A stretch of 63,886 nt of DNA, filler included, from Lenisia limosa (Eukaryota > Protista > Breviatea), in NCBI GenBank assembly GCA_001655205.1. It is 12 parts of 12 records of this genome, joined end to end, with 100 filler letters (N's around TTAATTAATTAA, not from the genome) between each part and the next. Parts side by side here need not be neighbours in the genome. Positions count along the whole stretch, not along the records: positions 9,685 to 11,163 come from LPNZ01000594.1; positions 11,264 to 15,288 come from LPNZ01008763.1; positions 15,389 to 19,030 come from LPNZ01005390.1; positions 19,131 to 31,418 come from LPNZ01010698.1; 8 more parts are not named here. One strand, given 5' to 3'. Each line of letters starts with the position of its first letter. The first letter of the stretch is position 1. The notes under the pieces were generated by a model. It had not been told where the DNA came from and searched no databases. It saw only the letters and a program-made list of their open reading frames with translations. This document shows, in pieces, positions 9,720-20,010 of this stretch. Both the position numbers and the translations under genes were made by a program.

Positions 9720-11105
9720 CGCATCCCATCGAAAATACTGTGATCACATTCATGTGGAAGAAACATCAAGATTTCAACCAATATGCCCACCTTCGTGTCG
9801 GAGGAATGAAGTGCGAACGTGCAGCGATAGAACTCCATTGTGCGCGAGTTGAACACCTGGTATTTAGTACTTTGGAGGGGGGTCAACAGTAACCGATAAG
9901 GGACCGTTAAGGTCCACGAATTTGCCCAAATTAACGTAAAAATTTAAGTTCGCATTAAGGTTCCTAACAATTTCAGAAAATTGTCTTAAATTTCCGAAGT
10001 TTTAAGTATCTCCTCTTGAGTAGGTGATTAAAAAATATCATAATTTTTTAAAAATTATTTTAAGCAAATATATGTAAATTTAGGTAAAATTTTGAACGAT
10101 ACTACTGTACCATATATATGGTAACAATAATATGTAGGGCTTAACTACGGTCCCAAACAAAAAACAGAATTCTTGATAAATCCTCGATTTTAAACGGTCT
10201 TTTTCGGACAGTAGGGAAGCCCTAATAATATTACATGATAAACTAACCAATAACACGATGTGATTAAAAATAAATTCCCCCACGCCTCACGTAAGATCGG
10301 TCACCTGTGAGTGTGATGTGGGCATTGTTGACCACAGTGGTTTGGGCCTGAAACTACGAGGGAAGGGGGAGGGAGTAAAATTGGAAAATTTATGAATCAA
10401 AAAAGCCCAAAATCAACTCTGTTGGCTGACAATCCACGAGGGTTGAAAACAACAAAACAAACAAAGNNNNNNNNNNNNNNNNNNNNNNNNNNNNNNNNNN
10501 NNNNNNNNNNNNNNNNNNNNNNNNNNNNNNNNNNNNNNNNNNNNNNNNNNNNNNNNNNNNNNNNNNNNNNNNNNNNNNNNNNNNNNNNNNNNNNNNNGGT
10601 TCTTTAATTTATGGCCATTTCCATTGACCGTAATACGCCGGCGGCGGAATACGCTCGGTAAAGCTTCCTAATATGGTAAGTCTTTCTTATAAGGCAGGAT
10701 TTCCTCTTCCTAATAAAGAAAAGTCTTTGCTTGTATTTGTATTTCCTATAAAATACTGGTTACATCCGACATTCTTGTCCTTCCTCTCAAACAACAACAA
10801 AAATAAAACACTACAGGAAGAATAAAAACAAGAACAAAAGAACAAAAACAACAAGAAGAAGAATAAAAACAACAAGAAGAATAAAAACAACAAGAATAAA
10901 AACAACAAGAAGAAAAAAAAACAAGAAGAAAAAAAACAACAAGAATAAAAACAACAAGAAGAATAAAAACAACAAGAAGAAGAAGAAGAAGAAGAAGAAG
11001 AAGAAGAAGAAGAACACCCCCCACCCAAGGCCCTGCACAGTCGAGATCTTTGAGAACAGTGATAGTCAGGTCAAGGCTGTTTGAGGCGCTGTTATCCAAC
11101 TGGGC
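9720..11105 (-). CDS. Unidentified gene, internal exons
   Basis: Exons AQLDNSASNSLDLTITVLKDLDCAGPW, AQTTVVNNAHITLT, VFNSRTMEFYRCTFALHSSDTK and YFRWDA, bounded by AG/GT. Confidence 0.5.
10135..10224. mobile_element. Family A hairpin MITE (B-type arms)
   Basis: TAGGGCTTAACTACGGTCCC...TTTTCGGACAGTAGGGAAGCCCTA. Confidence 0.85.
10348..10466 (-). mobile_element. Family D intron-associated repeat, 3' part, ending at the splice acceptor
   Basis: Minus strand ...TTCAACCCTCGTGGATTGTCAGCCAACAGAGTTGATTTTGGGCTTTTTTGATTCATAAATTTTCCAATTTTACTCCCTCCCCC...TTTCAG|exon. Confidence 0.75.
10790..11012. repeat. Intronic compound microsatellite (AAC/AAG/AATAAA units ending in (AAG)n)
   Basis: Direct inspection; it explains the poly-Phe/Leu/Ser ORFs in the track. 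Confidence 0.95.
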
Positions 11106-11263
11106 CTGGGGGAGGAGGTAAATTGGAAAATTTATGAACAAAAAAAGCCCAAATCAACTCTGTNNNNNNNNNNNNNNNNNNNNNNNNNNNNNNNNNNNNN
11201 NNNNNNNTTAATTAATTAANNNNNNNNNNNNNNNNNNNNNNNNNNNNNNNNNNNNNNNNNNNN

Positions 11264-11826
11264 TTTTTGAAAAAATGCTTCGACAGATACATAGAGAAAT
11301 GGACCTCCTAATGTTCCCTAACTGTTTTTTTCAATTTTGAGCAATGTCAAAAATCCGTGAATTTGGTCTCCCGGGAGTCCCCCTTTTGCCTTTTCACAGG
11401 ATTTTTTTCTGAACCTTACCCTCTTTTAGTGTTAAGAAACAAAAATTTGTACCCCTCGGAGTAATTGGTTCCGGGTTCCCATTTGCTTTGGCTATGTAAT
11501 GGTGAATTTTGAGGAAAAAATGCTAAAAATAGCACTGTCTACAGGGTAAACTTTCCCGGATAGTTGCCCATTTATTCCTTGAATGTGGCCTTTTATAACG
11601 GTTTTTGCTTGTTTTTGACCGTTTTTGGACCGTAAATAGAGAGCTTAGGGACTTAATTTGGTTTTGACCCGATAATATGTTAAATTGGGGTTTCATTATT
11701 TGATTAAGATTGAGATTACTTTCAAAAACAGAGGTGGTTTATGGTGATTTTGTATGGAAAACTCAAGCTGTCCGGGAGTTTTGATGTGTCCGGGAATTTT
11801 GAATGATGTCCGGAGCTTTGACTATA
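11264..11826. mobile_element. Family C transposon, second copy, opposite orientation, left end lost in a gap
   Basis: Ends ...GATGTCCGGAGCTTTGACTATA; the interior is the reverse complement of 4880-5190. Confidence 0.85.
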
Positions 11827-11959
11827 CATATATAATTTAGTATATATCGATATGTGTAATTATGTAATAGTATGTGTGTATTATGTGTACCATTTAACAA
11901 AAGTTTAACAAAACGCAAATACACCAAGACGCTGTTATTTCCTTATTCACTACAAAAAA

Positions 11960-14900
11960 GGCGGTAGTATCACGAAAGTTTACTTCCCTACCTTAACAAG
12001 AGGAACGATGAACTTCGAAATCTTAGCCTAGATATGTTAGTTAAATGTAAATATGCTATTATTAGGTCTTCACTTCGGTTCGAAAAAAGACTGATTTTCT
12101 CGATAAATCTTCGAAAACTATCGATATTGTCCCGGTATTTTTCGAACTGAAGTGAAGCCCTAGCTATTTTATATTATAGCTATACTACATGTAATATATA
12201 ATAGTATTTATTATTGAATCATATCTACTTTCTATGTAAAAAAGAAAAATAATTATGTAAATATCATATACAGAGACCGGGGTAAGTCTTGACCGATTAG
12301 CTTTGTGATTTCCCAAGGAAAATAGGTCAACACTTATCCTAGTCACTCTATGTGTATATAAATCATACATATTACATGATATACTTGGAAATATGGAAAT
12401 GTAAGTACATGTACATGCTGTATGTAATATATTATAATACGAAATCAAATGACACAACACAGCTTACATGATGTGTGCACAGAGTTGTAAGGCAAATGAT
12501 TGGGTGAAATTAATATTATACAATAATTCAATAACACTTGTAAGCGTTATGATATTTTTTCACAGTCATTATATATAAATCGGTCATCGTGATGATTCCT
12601 TTATCAATCATATGATACGTTACATATATATACATGTAGCTATTATATTATTTGAAATAATTACTACATTACCATATCACCCCCTCCCTCCCAAACAATA
12701 TGAAATTGGCGAAATTCTTCTTCTAGCTGAGCATTGGTGAAGATGTTGAAGAAATTTCGCGTATTGCTCTCGACTATGGAACTCTCGTCCAGACCTGAGA
12801 ATTGTAAAATAAAAACTTGGGGGGGGGGGGGGNNNNNNNNNNNNNNNNNNNNNNNNNNNNNNNNNNNNNNNNNNNNNNNNNNNNNNNNNNNNNNNNNNNN
12901 NNNNNNNNNNNNNNNNNNNNNNNNNNNNNNNNNNNNNNGCTTGTTTTTGACATTAATCACCCCTTGTTTGCTTTTGATCAACAATGCTCAAAACTAAATG
13001 TCTGGGGGAACTTCTAAGGTTTCCGCGCCAAATTCGAATTTTTTTTTCGACCCTCCATCCAGCAAGGTCGCCTCGGAATTCTAGCGGGATCACCATTTGA
13101 AAAGCAAAAAGTCGCTCAAGCGCAATTCGCTTTAAAGAGTTCAGCCAGAAGACAGTAAATTTTCCAAGGACTTGAGGCGGGGCGGTAAAAATGATGATGA
13201 AGAGGAGGAGGGTCATATGTCATAGCATACTAATTTTACAAAATATTTTACAATGTAATTGCATATTGATAAGAAAAATAGGACTCTTGGTGCAATTATA
13301 TTACAAAATTTGAAATTAGAGGATCTNNNNNNNNNNNNNNNNNNNNNNNNNNNNNNNNNNNNNNNNNNNNNNNNNNNNNNNNNNNNNNNNNNNNNNNNNN
13401 NNNNNNNNNNNNNNNNNNNNNNNNNNNNNNNNNNNNNNNNNNNNNNNNNNNNNNNNNNNNNNNNNNNNNNNNNNNATACCCTATTGCACCGAGTCGTAAT
13501 AATCAAAAATACAGTCGCACATTGATGTAAAACAATTTCGCATAATTTCGTACGTATACTGGGGAGGCACGCAGAAAGCTGTGTACACAGAGTTGTCAGG
13601 CAAATGATTGGGTGAATTAATATTATACTATAATTCAATGTCTCTTATAAGCGTGATGATATGGATGGCTTTGGCCAGACACAACCTTGCTTTTTATTTC
13701 TCATTGCTATATATGAATTTCCTTCATTTTACTCCTCCCCCAGCCCGACTAGAACGAGAGGTCCAGCGTTCAAGAAGATTAAGCTGAACGAAAATCAATG
13801 TACACTGACCTCGAAAAGTTCTGGCATAGTTATTTAAATTGTATCAGGACTTATCGCGGTCTTGTTTGGGGATTTTAAACTTTATCTTTTGTCAATCATG
13901 TCAGCACTTATATATCATATATTCTTGTCTAAAAGGGAGGCAAATGGAGAATTAAAACTCCTTTTTCCAAATCAATGTGTAACTCTCCGAAACCCTCAAT
14001 TCAATCTGTTTGAATATGATATTTATTTATCGGTCATTTTTAGATTTTTACCACACATTATTGTCCGGAGTATAGAGTTGAAATATAGCCCTCTTACTGT
14101 AACTGCTGAGCCCTGTGCGGCTCCTCCGATTGCCCTCACCAGAGTAAGAAGAATGGTCACTACGTAGTTAGAGGCTAGCTGAAGAGAGAAGATAGAAAAG
14201 CGGATCAACACACTAGTTTTGCAACATACTGTCGTTTAAGGACCGAGGGCAACGGGGTCGTCGTCTGAGAGGTCATATAAACGACTCCGATCTCACGTCT
14301 CCGACATCATACTGCTAACTAACTACTCAGTCTGTTACTCTATTGCTAATATATACTGACTCTGAACACAAACCATGCGCAACCACTGCAAACCCAGCAA
14401 ACCAGCACACAGCTGAACTTCCCTGTTCGCCGGCGGGTCTAACTCCGATTTCTTTCTGGAACCAGAGAGGAGGCCCCGGCGGCGGATCGGGAAGAAATAT
14501 CTGATCTATCTGATCTGTTTTATCAAAATAGGTGCGGCCCTTGATTTCCCGTCATACACGGGTCTTCTGTAAGGTGACCGAAAGATCACGGAAAGATCCA
14601 GAGGTGATCTGGGAAGCCTTGATGGGTAATGGGAAACGTGAGCTATCATTGAATTTTCATGATTGAAAGGGTTTGCTCACACACCTCGGTTTATCCAAAG
14701 TTTATCCAACTAAGAGGTCTACACCGAATACTCCGCCATAAAATTTCAGTAAAATTTAAGTGTACACCGGTACTCCACCACATGTAAGTGTGAAGATAAC
14801 AAGATACTGTCTGAGAACCCAGTTTTAAAGTTTCACTCTTTGTCAATCACCCACTCAGTGCATAGTAGAAACAAAGAAACAGAACCATAACTATCATCAT

Positions 14901-15230
14901 CGCGTCATTTGTCACCTAAATTCATCAATTTCACATTTGCATTTTGCATAATTCAATAAAATCACCATCCACAATCGTCACTACCCACCACCACCACCAT
15001 TATCATCATTACCATATTACTATCACTATTATTATCATCATCACCATCATCATCATCATCATCATCATCATCATTATCATCATCATTATTATCATCATCA
15101 TCACCAACACCATCACCACCACCACCACCATCATTCCCATTTACATCATCATCTGTTCGAACAGGTCTCGCTCTTCAGAGTTGAGACTCGAAAGCTCATC
15201 ATCACTGTTGCTGTTGTTTTCTCCTTCCTG
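11960..15230 (-). CDS. Unidentified probable membrane protein, multiple exons
   Basis: Exons EGENNSNSDDELSSLNSEERDLFEQM, LASNYVVTILLTLVRAIGGAAQGSAVT, LIFLNAGPLVLVGL, LDESSIVESNTRNFFNIFTNAQLEEEFRQFHIVWE and AKISKFIVPLVK. Linkage into one gene is inferred. Confidence 0.4.
12063..12162. mobile_element. Family A hairpin MITE (A-type arms)
   Basis: TAGGTCTTCACTTCGGTTCG...TTCGAACTGAAGTGAAGCCCTA. Confidence 0.9.
12269..12350. mobile_element. Family B mini-MITE, opposite orientation
   Basis: TA-CAGAGACCGGGGTAAGTCTTGACCGATT...AATAGGTCAACACTTATCCTAGTCACTC-TA. Confidence 0.8.
13561..13695. mobile_element. Family E long-arm (foldback-like) repeat, one complete arm
   Basis: GGGGAGGCACGCAGAAAGCTGTGTACACAGAGTTG...GGGTGAATTAATATT...ATAAGCGTGATG...GGCTTTGGCCAGA; homologues at about 3850, 9255, 12470, 17835, 19682-19870 and 21800-21904. 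Confidence 0.75.
14985..15140. repeat. (CAT/CAC/ATT)n trinucleotide microsatellite
   Basis: Direct inspection. Confidence 0.95.
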
Positions 15231-15388
15231 GAAAAAATAAAAAAAGGGTTCAGAAATAAAATAGGGTGAACAGAGAGAGGTGATGAATNNNNNNNNNNNN
15301 NNNNNNNNNNNNNNNNNNNNNNNNNNNNNNNNTTAATTAATTAANNNNNNNNNNNNNNNNNNNNNNNNNNNNNNNNNNNNNNNNNNNN

Positions 15389-16656
15389 AGTTGGCCCAGA
15401 AAACCGTTGGCATCCATGACGATGAGGGCCTCAAGGAAGCCCGCAAGGAGGTTGATGAGCTATGGACTACTGTGGCTTACAAGGTAGGCCTTCTTGACTA
15501 CCGTATTTGGTAGCTTTCTTATATATTATTGTAATATGCTAATTATCGATTTGGTAACTTCTTTTTGTGGTAATCCTTATGTTATAATTTCCTAATGTGA
15601 AAACTTCCCATCCCGTTGCTTACATTTTCCTGTGCTTCACATCAGTCTCACGCCCACAGCTTGATTCTTTGTCCAACTTCAACTTCACACCAAAACCCGT
15701 TTCCAGAGTGAGTATTTACACCAAATTGGGGGTGTGTGGTTGTACGTGTGCAAGGGTGGTGCATGAGTCTATAATATTCCTTTTTTTTATTCCCCACCTT
15801 CTTCATTAGATAGTTGTTGTGGTATTTGAGATGCTAAATTTGGGAGTTTCAGATTATTCGGTTCGTGATTAATACCTTTACGCCAATGCTCTTCATCGAA
15901 ATTTCCTTTGTTTTACCCCCCCCCCCCCCNNNNNNNNNNNNNNNNNNNNNNNNNNNNNNNNNNNNNNNNNNNNNNNNNNNNNNNNNNNNNNNNNNNNNNN
16001 NNNNNNNNNNNNNNNNNNNNNNNNNNNNNNNNNNNNNNNNNNNNNNNNNNNNNNNNNNNNNNNNNNNNNNNNNNNGTATAAGAAGAAGAAGGTGGGTGTA
16101 TAAGAAGAAGGTGGAGGGGTGTATTTTCTGTGTTTGTTATCTTTCTCTTTCAATAAAAATGGCTTAATAATCATTAATGGGCTCCGTGCAATTAATTTTC
16201 TGAAATTATTTTACAACATTTGAAATCAAAGTCTGAAATTGAGTTATCATTTCCGTCTTGTGATGTAGAGATGTAGCATTCAATTTTGACCAATTTATCG
16301 AACTTTTACTCATTCACTATTTTAGGGCGACATCGTTTCGAAGGAGGAAATGACAGCGCAAGAAAAGAAGGCGTACAGGCGACGCAAGAAGGCCTTCCAG
16401 CATAAGGTACNNNNNNNNNNNNNNNNNNNNNNNNNNNNNNNNNNNNNNNNNNNNNNNNNNNNNNNNNNNNNNNNNNNNNNNNNNNNNNNNNNNNNNNNNN
16501 NNNNNNNNNNNNNNNNNNNNNNNNNNNNNNNNNNNNNNNNNNNNNNNNNNNNNNNNNNNNNNNNNNNNNNNNNNNNNNNNNNNNNNNNNNNNNNNNNNNN
16601 NNNNNNNNNNNNNNNNNNNNNNNNNNNNGCCAAGAGAATGATCTCGAAATCCAAGG
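15389..16656 (+). CDS. MPHOSPH10: U3 snoRNP protein MPP10, C-terminal exons
   Basis: KEARKEVDELWTTVAYK|LDSLSNFNFTPKP ... GDIVSKEEMTAQEKKAYRRRKK matches the Mpp10 motifs KLDALSNFHF.PKP and GD...E.T..DKKR.RR.KK. Confidence 0.88.
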
Positions 16657-16999
16657 TACGCTGCAATGGAAAATCTTCTGTTACAAAAGGGAGTATTTAT
16701 TGAAAACCAGGGATTGCTATATTCACAATCGACCATATTCAATCAGCTTGATGGTTTAGATTGCCTATATTCCACATAATATAACGTTTTCACGCCATTC
16801 CATTGCAGAAATTACTGACTACAGCTTTCTGTTCATTTTTGCGCATACCCAATGTTCTTTTTTTTTTCTTGTTTGTTTTATTTTTTTGGTGTCATTTTTT
16901 CCTGACAGATCTCCTTTTTTTTGTGATAATATTAACTTTTCTATCAGTTTTTGAGATATAATCACTGTGATACTCCCCCTTCCCCCGCTCACTCTTCAG

Positions 17000-18975
17000 A
17001 ACGTGATTGTTGCCGATAAACACGGTAGTATTGCCCCCAAGAAGAAGTCAAAATAATTCCTATGTTTCCATGTTTGTTTAATGGTATCTACGTCTAGTCT
17101 TTTTCCTGGGACACGAAAAGGACATCATATGCATCAAGCAATATTTGAACATATCAAACTGGCTGTTTCATATAAAAGGAGGGTTGTAATTGACAATGCA
17201 CTTTTCTGCGGCGACTTGGGATTCCTCAACGGGAGCGTACAATGAAAATTCCCTTCTGAACTCCAAGAATTCGCCATGAAACCTTGCAAAACATTATCGA
17301 AGATTTTGATCCCAATCACACGATCATTATATCATTATAAGAGAGTTTCGGTGTAGTAAGAGCTATCGGTTACCGGGGGTGTTAATTTTGATATCATGAC
17401 GCTCGGTAGTAATCCATGAACTATTTGTCCCGAATATCCAGGCCATTGGTAGTTTGATGGCTGTATATCAAGCCATTGTGTAGTTGCTGAAAATACATAA
17501 TAATGTGGAATACAAACGTATTAAAAGACACAAAAAAGATTAGCACGAGGCATGGTAGAGCCCAGTGACCTGAGTTACTACATCGCTTGCATCAGTTGCA
17601 CGCACCTGTAATGTTAATCAAGTGAACTGCAAAGTGGTTATGCAAAATGAGGTAAACACTCGGTCAATAACTCTATCATTGTATGATGATCCCCAACCAT
17701 TAACACTAATTTACCCCCCCCCCCCNNNNNNNNNNNNNNNNNNNNNNNNNNNNNNNNNNNNNNNNNNNNNNNNNNNNNNNNNNNNNNNNNNNNNNNNNNN
17801 NNNNNNNNNNNNNNNNNNNNNNNNNNNNNNNNNNNCGTTCACATCATCACGCTTAAAGGAGATATTGAATTATAATATATCAGCTAATATATAGTATATT
17901 AATTCACCCATGATATCCATTAATGCCTCCCTTCTATCATCATCATTCCCTCACAAAAACCACGACCATTAACAATTATTTACCCCACTGAACACCCAGC
18001 CGCCTCCCTACGGTGACACTGAACACCCAGCCGCCCTTCTTATCCGTGCTCAGACCGAAGAAAACCACTTCATGAGACACTGTGCCAACCTGGATGGTCA
18101 GCCTAGAATCACAAAAACGATCATGAATATCGATGATTCATCTAGGGCTTCACTTCGGTTCGAAAAAAAAGTCTAAATTTCTCGAAAATCCTCGAGAATC
18201 CTCGGTAATTTACCGGTCTTTTTCGAACCGACATGAAGCCTTAATTTGACTGTTCTTTGCTATTAATGGACCCAGTCAACATCTTCCTTGTTCGTCCGAG
18301 GCTTCTCAACCCCTGCGGCCAAGAATGCTCTCAATCCGTCTAATTTCGGATTTGTTTTCGATATTGATGGGGGTTGGGAGTAGGGTTCGAAAAAGACCGA
18401 TATAATATCGAAGCTTTCGAAGACTTATCGACTAGGCAGTTATCGGGATTTTGCTTGTATACTGTACCTATGGCTGGTTAGTCTAGAGCGCTTGCCAGGG
18501 TTCCAAAAAAGAAAATGGATGTCGATAATTGAGGACTCATTTAATTAATTTTGTTGAAATTGGCAAAATTTGAAATTAAGTGTCTGATGAAATTGAGTTT
18601 ATGTTACAATGTGTCTCATTTCAAATTTTGCTATGAATTTTTCCAATCTAATTAGTTGGAAATATCGATATTTATTGAGGTTTTATCGAGAACATCTACC
18701 CCTCCCCCCCAATCATAATAACTTGGGCTTCCTGCGGTCTCAAAAAAGACGGAATTTTTCTATAAATCCTCGATAAATATCGATATTTGACCGGTCTTTT
18801 TCAGACCGTAGGGAACCCCCAATAATAACACAAATAGAAATGAGAAATAAAATATCAGGTTGTATCTGGTCGAAGCCGATCATACAACTCCCCTTCCCAC
18901 AGGCAATACTGCAGTAAAGTCGATGTCGGCCAATTTGCGGATTCCCATAGAGCCCGAAGGCATATGCAACTGCGA
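17000..18975 (-). CDS. Unidentified gene, scattered exons
   Basis: Coding-like AG/GT-bounded blocks (LHMPSGSMGIRKLADIDFTAVLP; LTIQVGTVSHEVVFFGLSTDKKGGW; TTQWLDIQPSNYQWPGYSGQIVHGLLP). The frames could not be fully reconciled. Confidence 0.3.
18143..18243. mobile_element. Family A hairpin MITE (A-type arms)
   Basis: TAGGGCTTCACTTCGGTTCG...TTTTTCGAACCGACATGAAGCC. Confidence 0.85.
18723..18822. mobile_element. Family A hairpin MITE (B-type arms)
   Basis: GGGCTTCCTGCGGTCTC...TTTTTCAGACCGTAGGGAACCCC. Confidence 0.8.
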
Positions 18976-19130
18976 GGGTTATATATGATAGAGTACGATG
19001 TATAGTATATATTTGATCATTTTACCCAGGNNNNNNNNNNNNNNNNNNNNNNNNNNNNNNNNNNNNNNNNNNNNTTAATTAATTAANNNNNNNNNNNNNN
19101 NNNNNNNNNNNNNNNNNNNNNNNNNNNNNN

Positions 19131-19211
19131 CCAAAAAAGACTGAATTTCTCGATAAATCCTCGATAAATATCGATATTTAAACGGTCTTTTTGGGTCGTA
19201 GGGAAGCCCTA
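19131..19211. mobile_element. Family A hairpin MITE (B-type), left end in a gap
   Basis: CCAAAAAAGACTGAATTTCTCGATAAATCCTCGATAAATATCGATATTTAAACGGTCTTTTTGGGTCGTAGGGAAGCCCTA. Confidence 0.85.
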
Positions 19212-19234
19212 TCTATTGTAACGTAAAAGCACCC

Positions 19235-19950
19235 AGGCTCACTTTGAAATACCGCCGTCATATAAAGCATGGCAATGTCCCGGTCTATTGAGGCCACAGA
19301 ACTCGCTGCTAACTAAAATGGGGGGAGGGGAGTAAAATTGCAACATTTATATTGGAAAATATATGAAACAACAAAGCCCAGGCCAGTTGTTTCTGCAGCA
19401 CCNNNNNNNNNNNNNNNNNNNNNNNNNNNNNNNNNNNNNNNNNNNNNNNNNNNNNNNNNNNNNNNNNNNNNNNNNNNNNNNNNNNNNNNNNNNNNNNNNN
19501 NNNNNNNNNNNNNNNNNNNNNNNNNNNNNNNNNNNNNNNNNNNNNNNNNNNNNNNNNNNTTCAAAACAAACAAAGCGACCACCCACTTGCACACCCGTCC
19601 TTGCTGCAGCCCCAAATAAACAGGGAGGTAAATGCGAATTATTCAGCTCTTCCTCACTCGCTGCGGCAAGTCAGGATTTGTATGTAAAGGCAAATGATTG
19701 GGTGAATTAATATTAGTATACTATAATCCAATATTTCTTATTATAAGTGTGATGGTGTGGACGGCTTTGGCCAGGTACAACCTTGTTTTTGTTTCAAATT
19801 TCTATTTAATATGCAGAGATGAGATATATAACAAGGTTCTGGCCGAAACCGTCCACACCAACGCTAATAATCCCCCCGCCACCTCTTCCCAGTCGAGCCA
19901 CAAACAGCGGAAAATGGCGACTGTGTAATTAGAAAACAGTTGCAAGTATA

Positions 19951-20010
<60 letters not shown>

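Noticed and set aside
10687-11141. Poly-Phe/Leu/Ser and poly-Ile ORFs (also 14944-15240, 19802-20014, 60280-60732)
   Set aside because: They are translations of microsatellites.
12063-12162. Family A as an Academ (TAG...CTA ends) or PIF/Harbinger (TWA TSD) element
   Set aside because: The 3-bp flanks on either side do not match in the copies compared; only TA is consistently shared.
12700-12800. Adenylyl cyclase assignment from FTNAQLEEEFRQF
   Set aside because: It is a short resemblance only, and no cyclase catalytic-domain motifs were found in neighbouring exons.
17986-18035. 19-nt direct repeat duplicating a donor site as an alternative-splicing switch
   Set aside because: The 31-nt offset is not frame-preserving and the host gene model is weak; it is probably a trivial local duplication.
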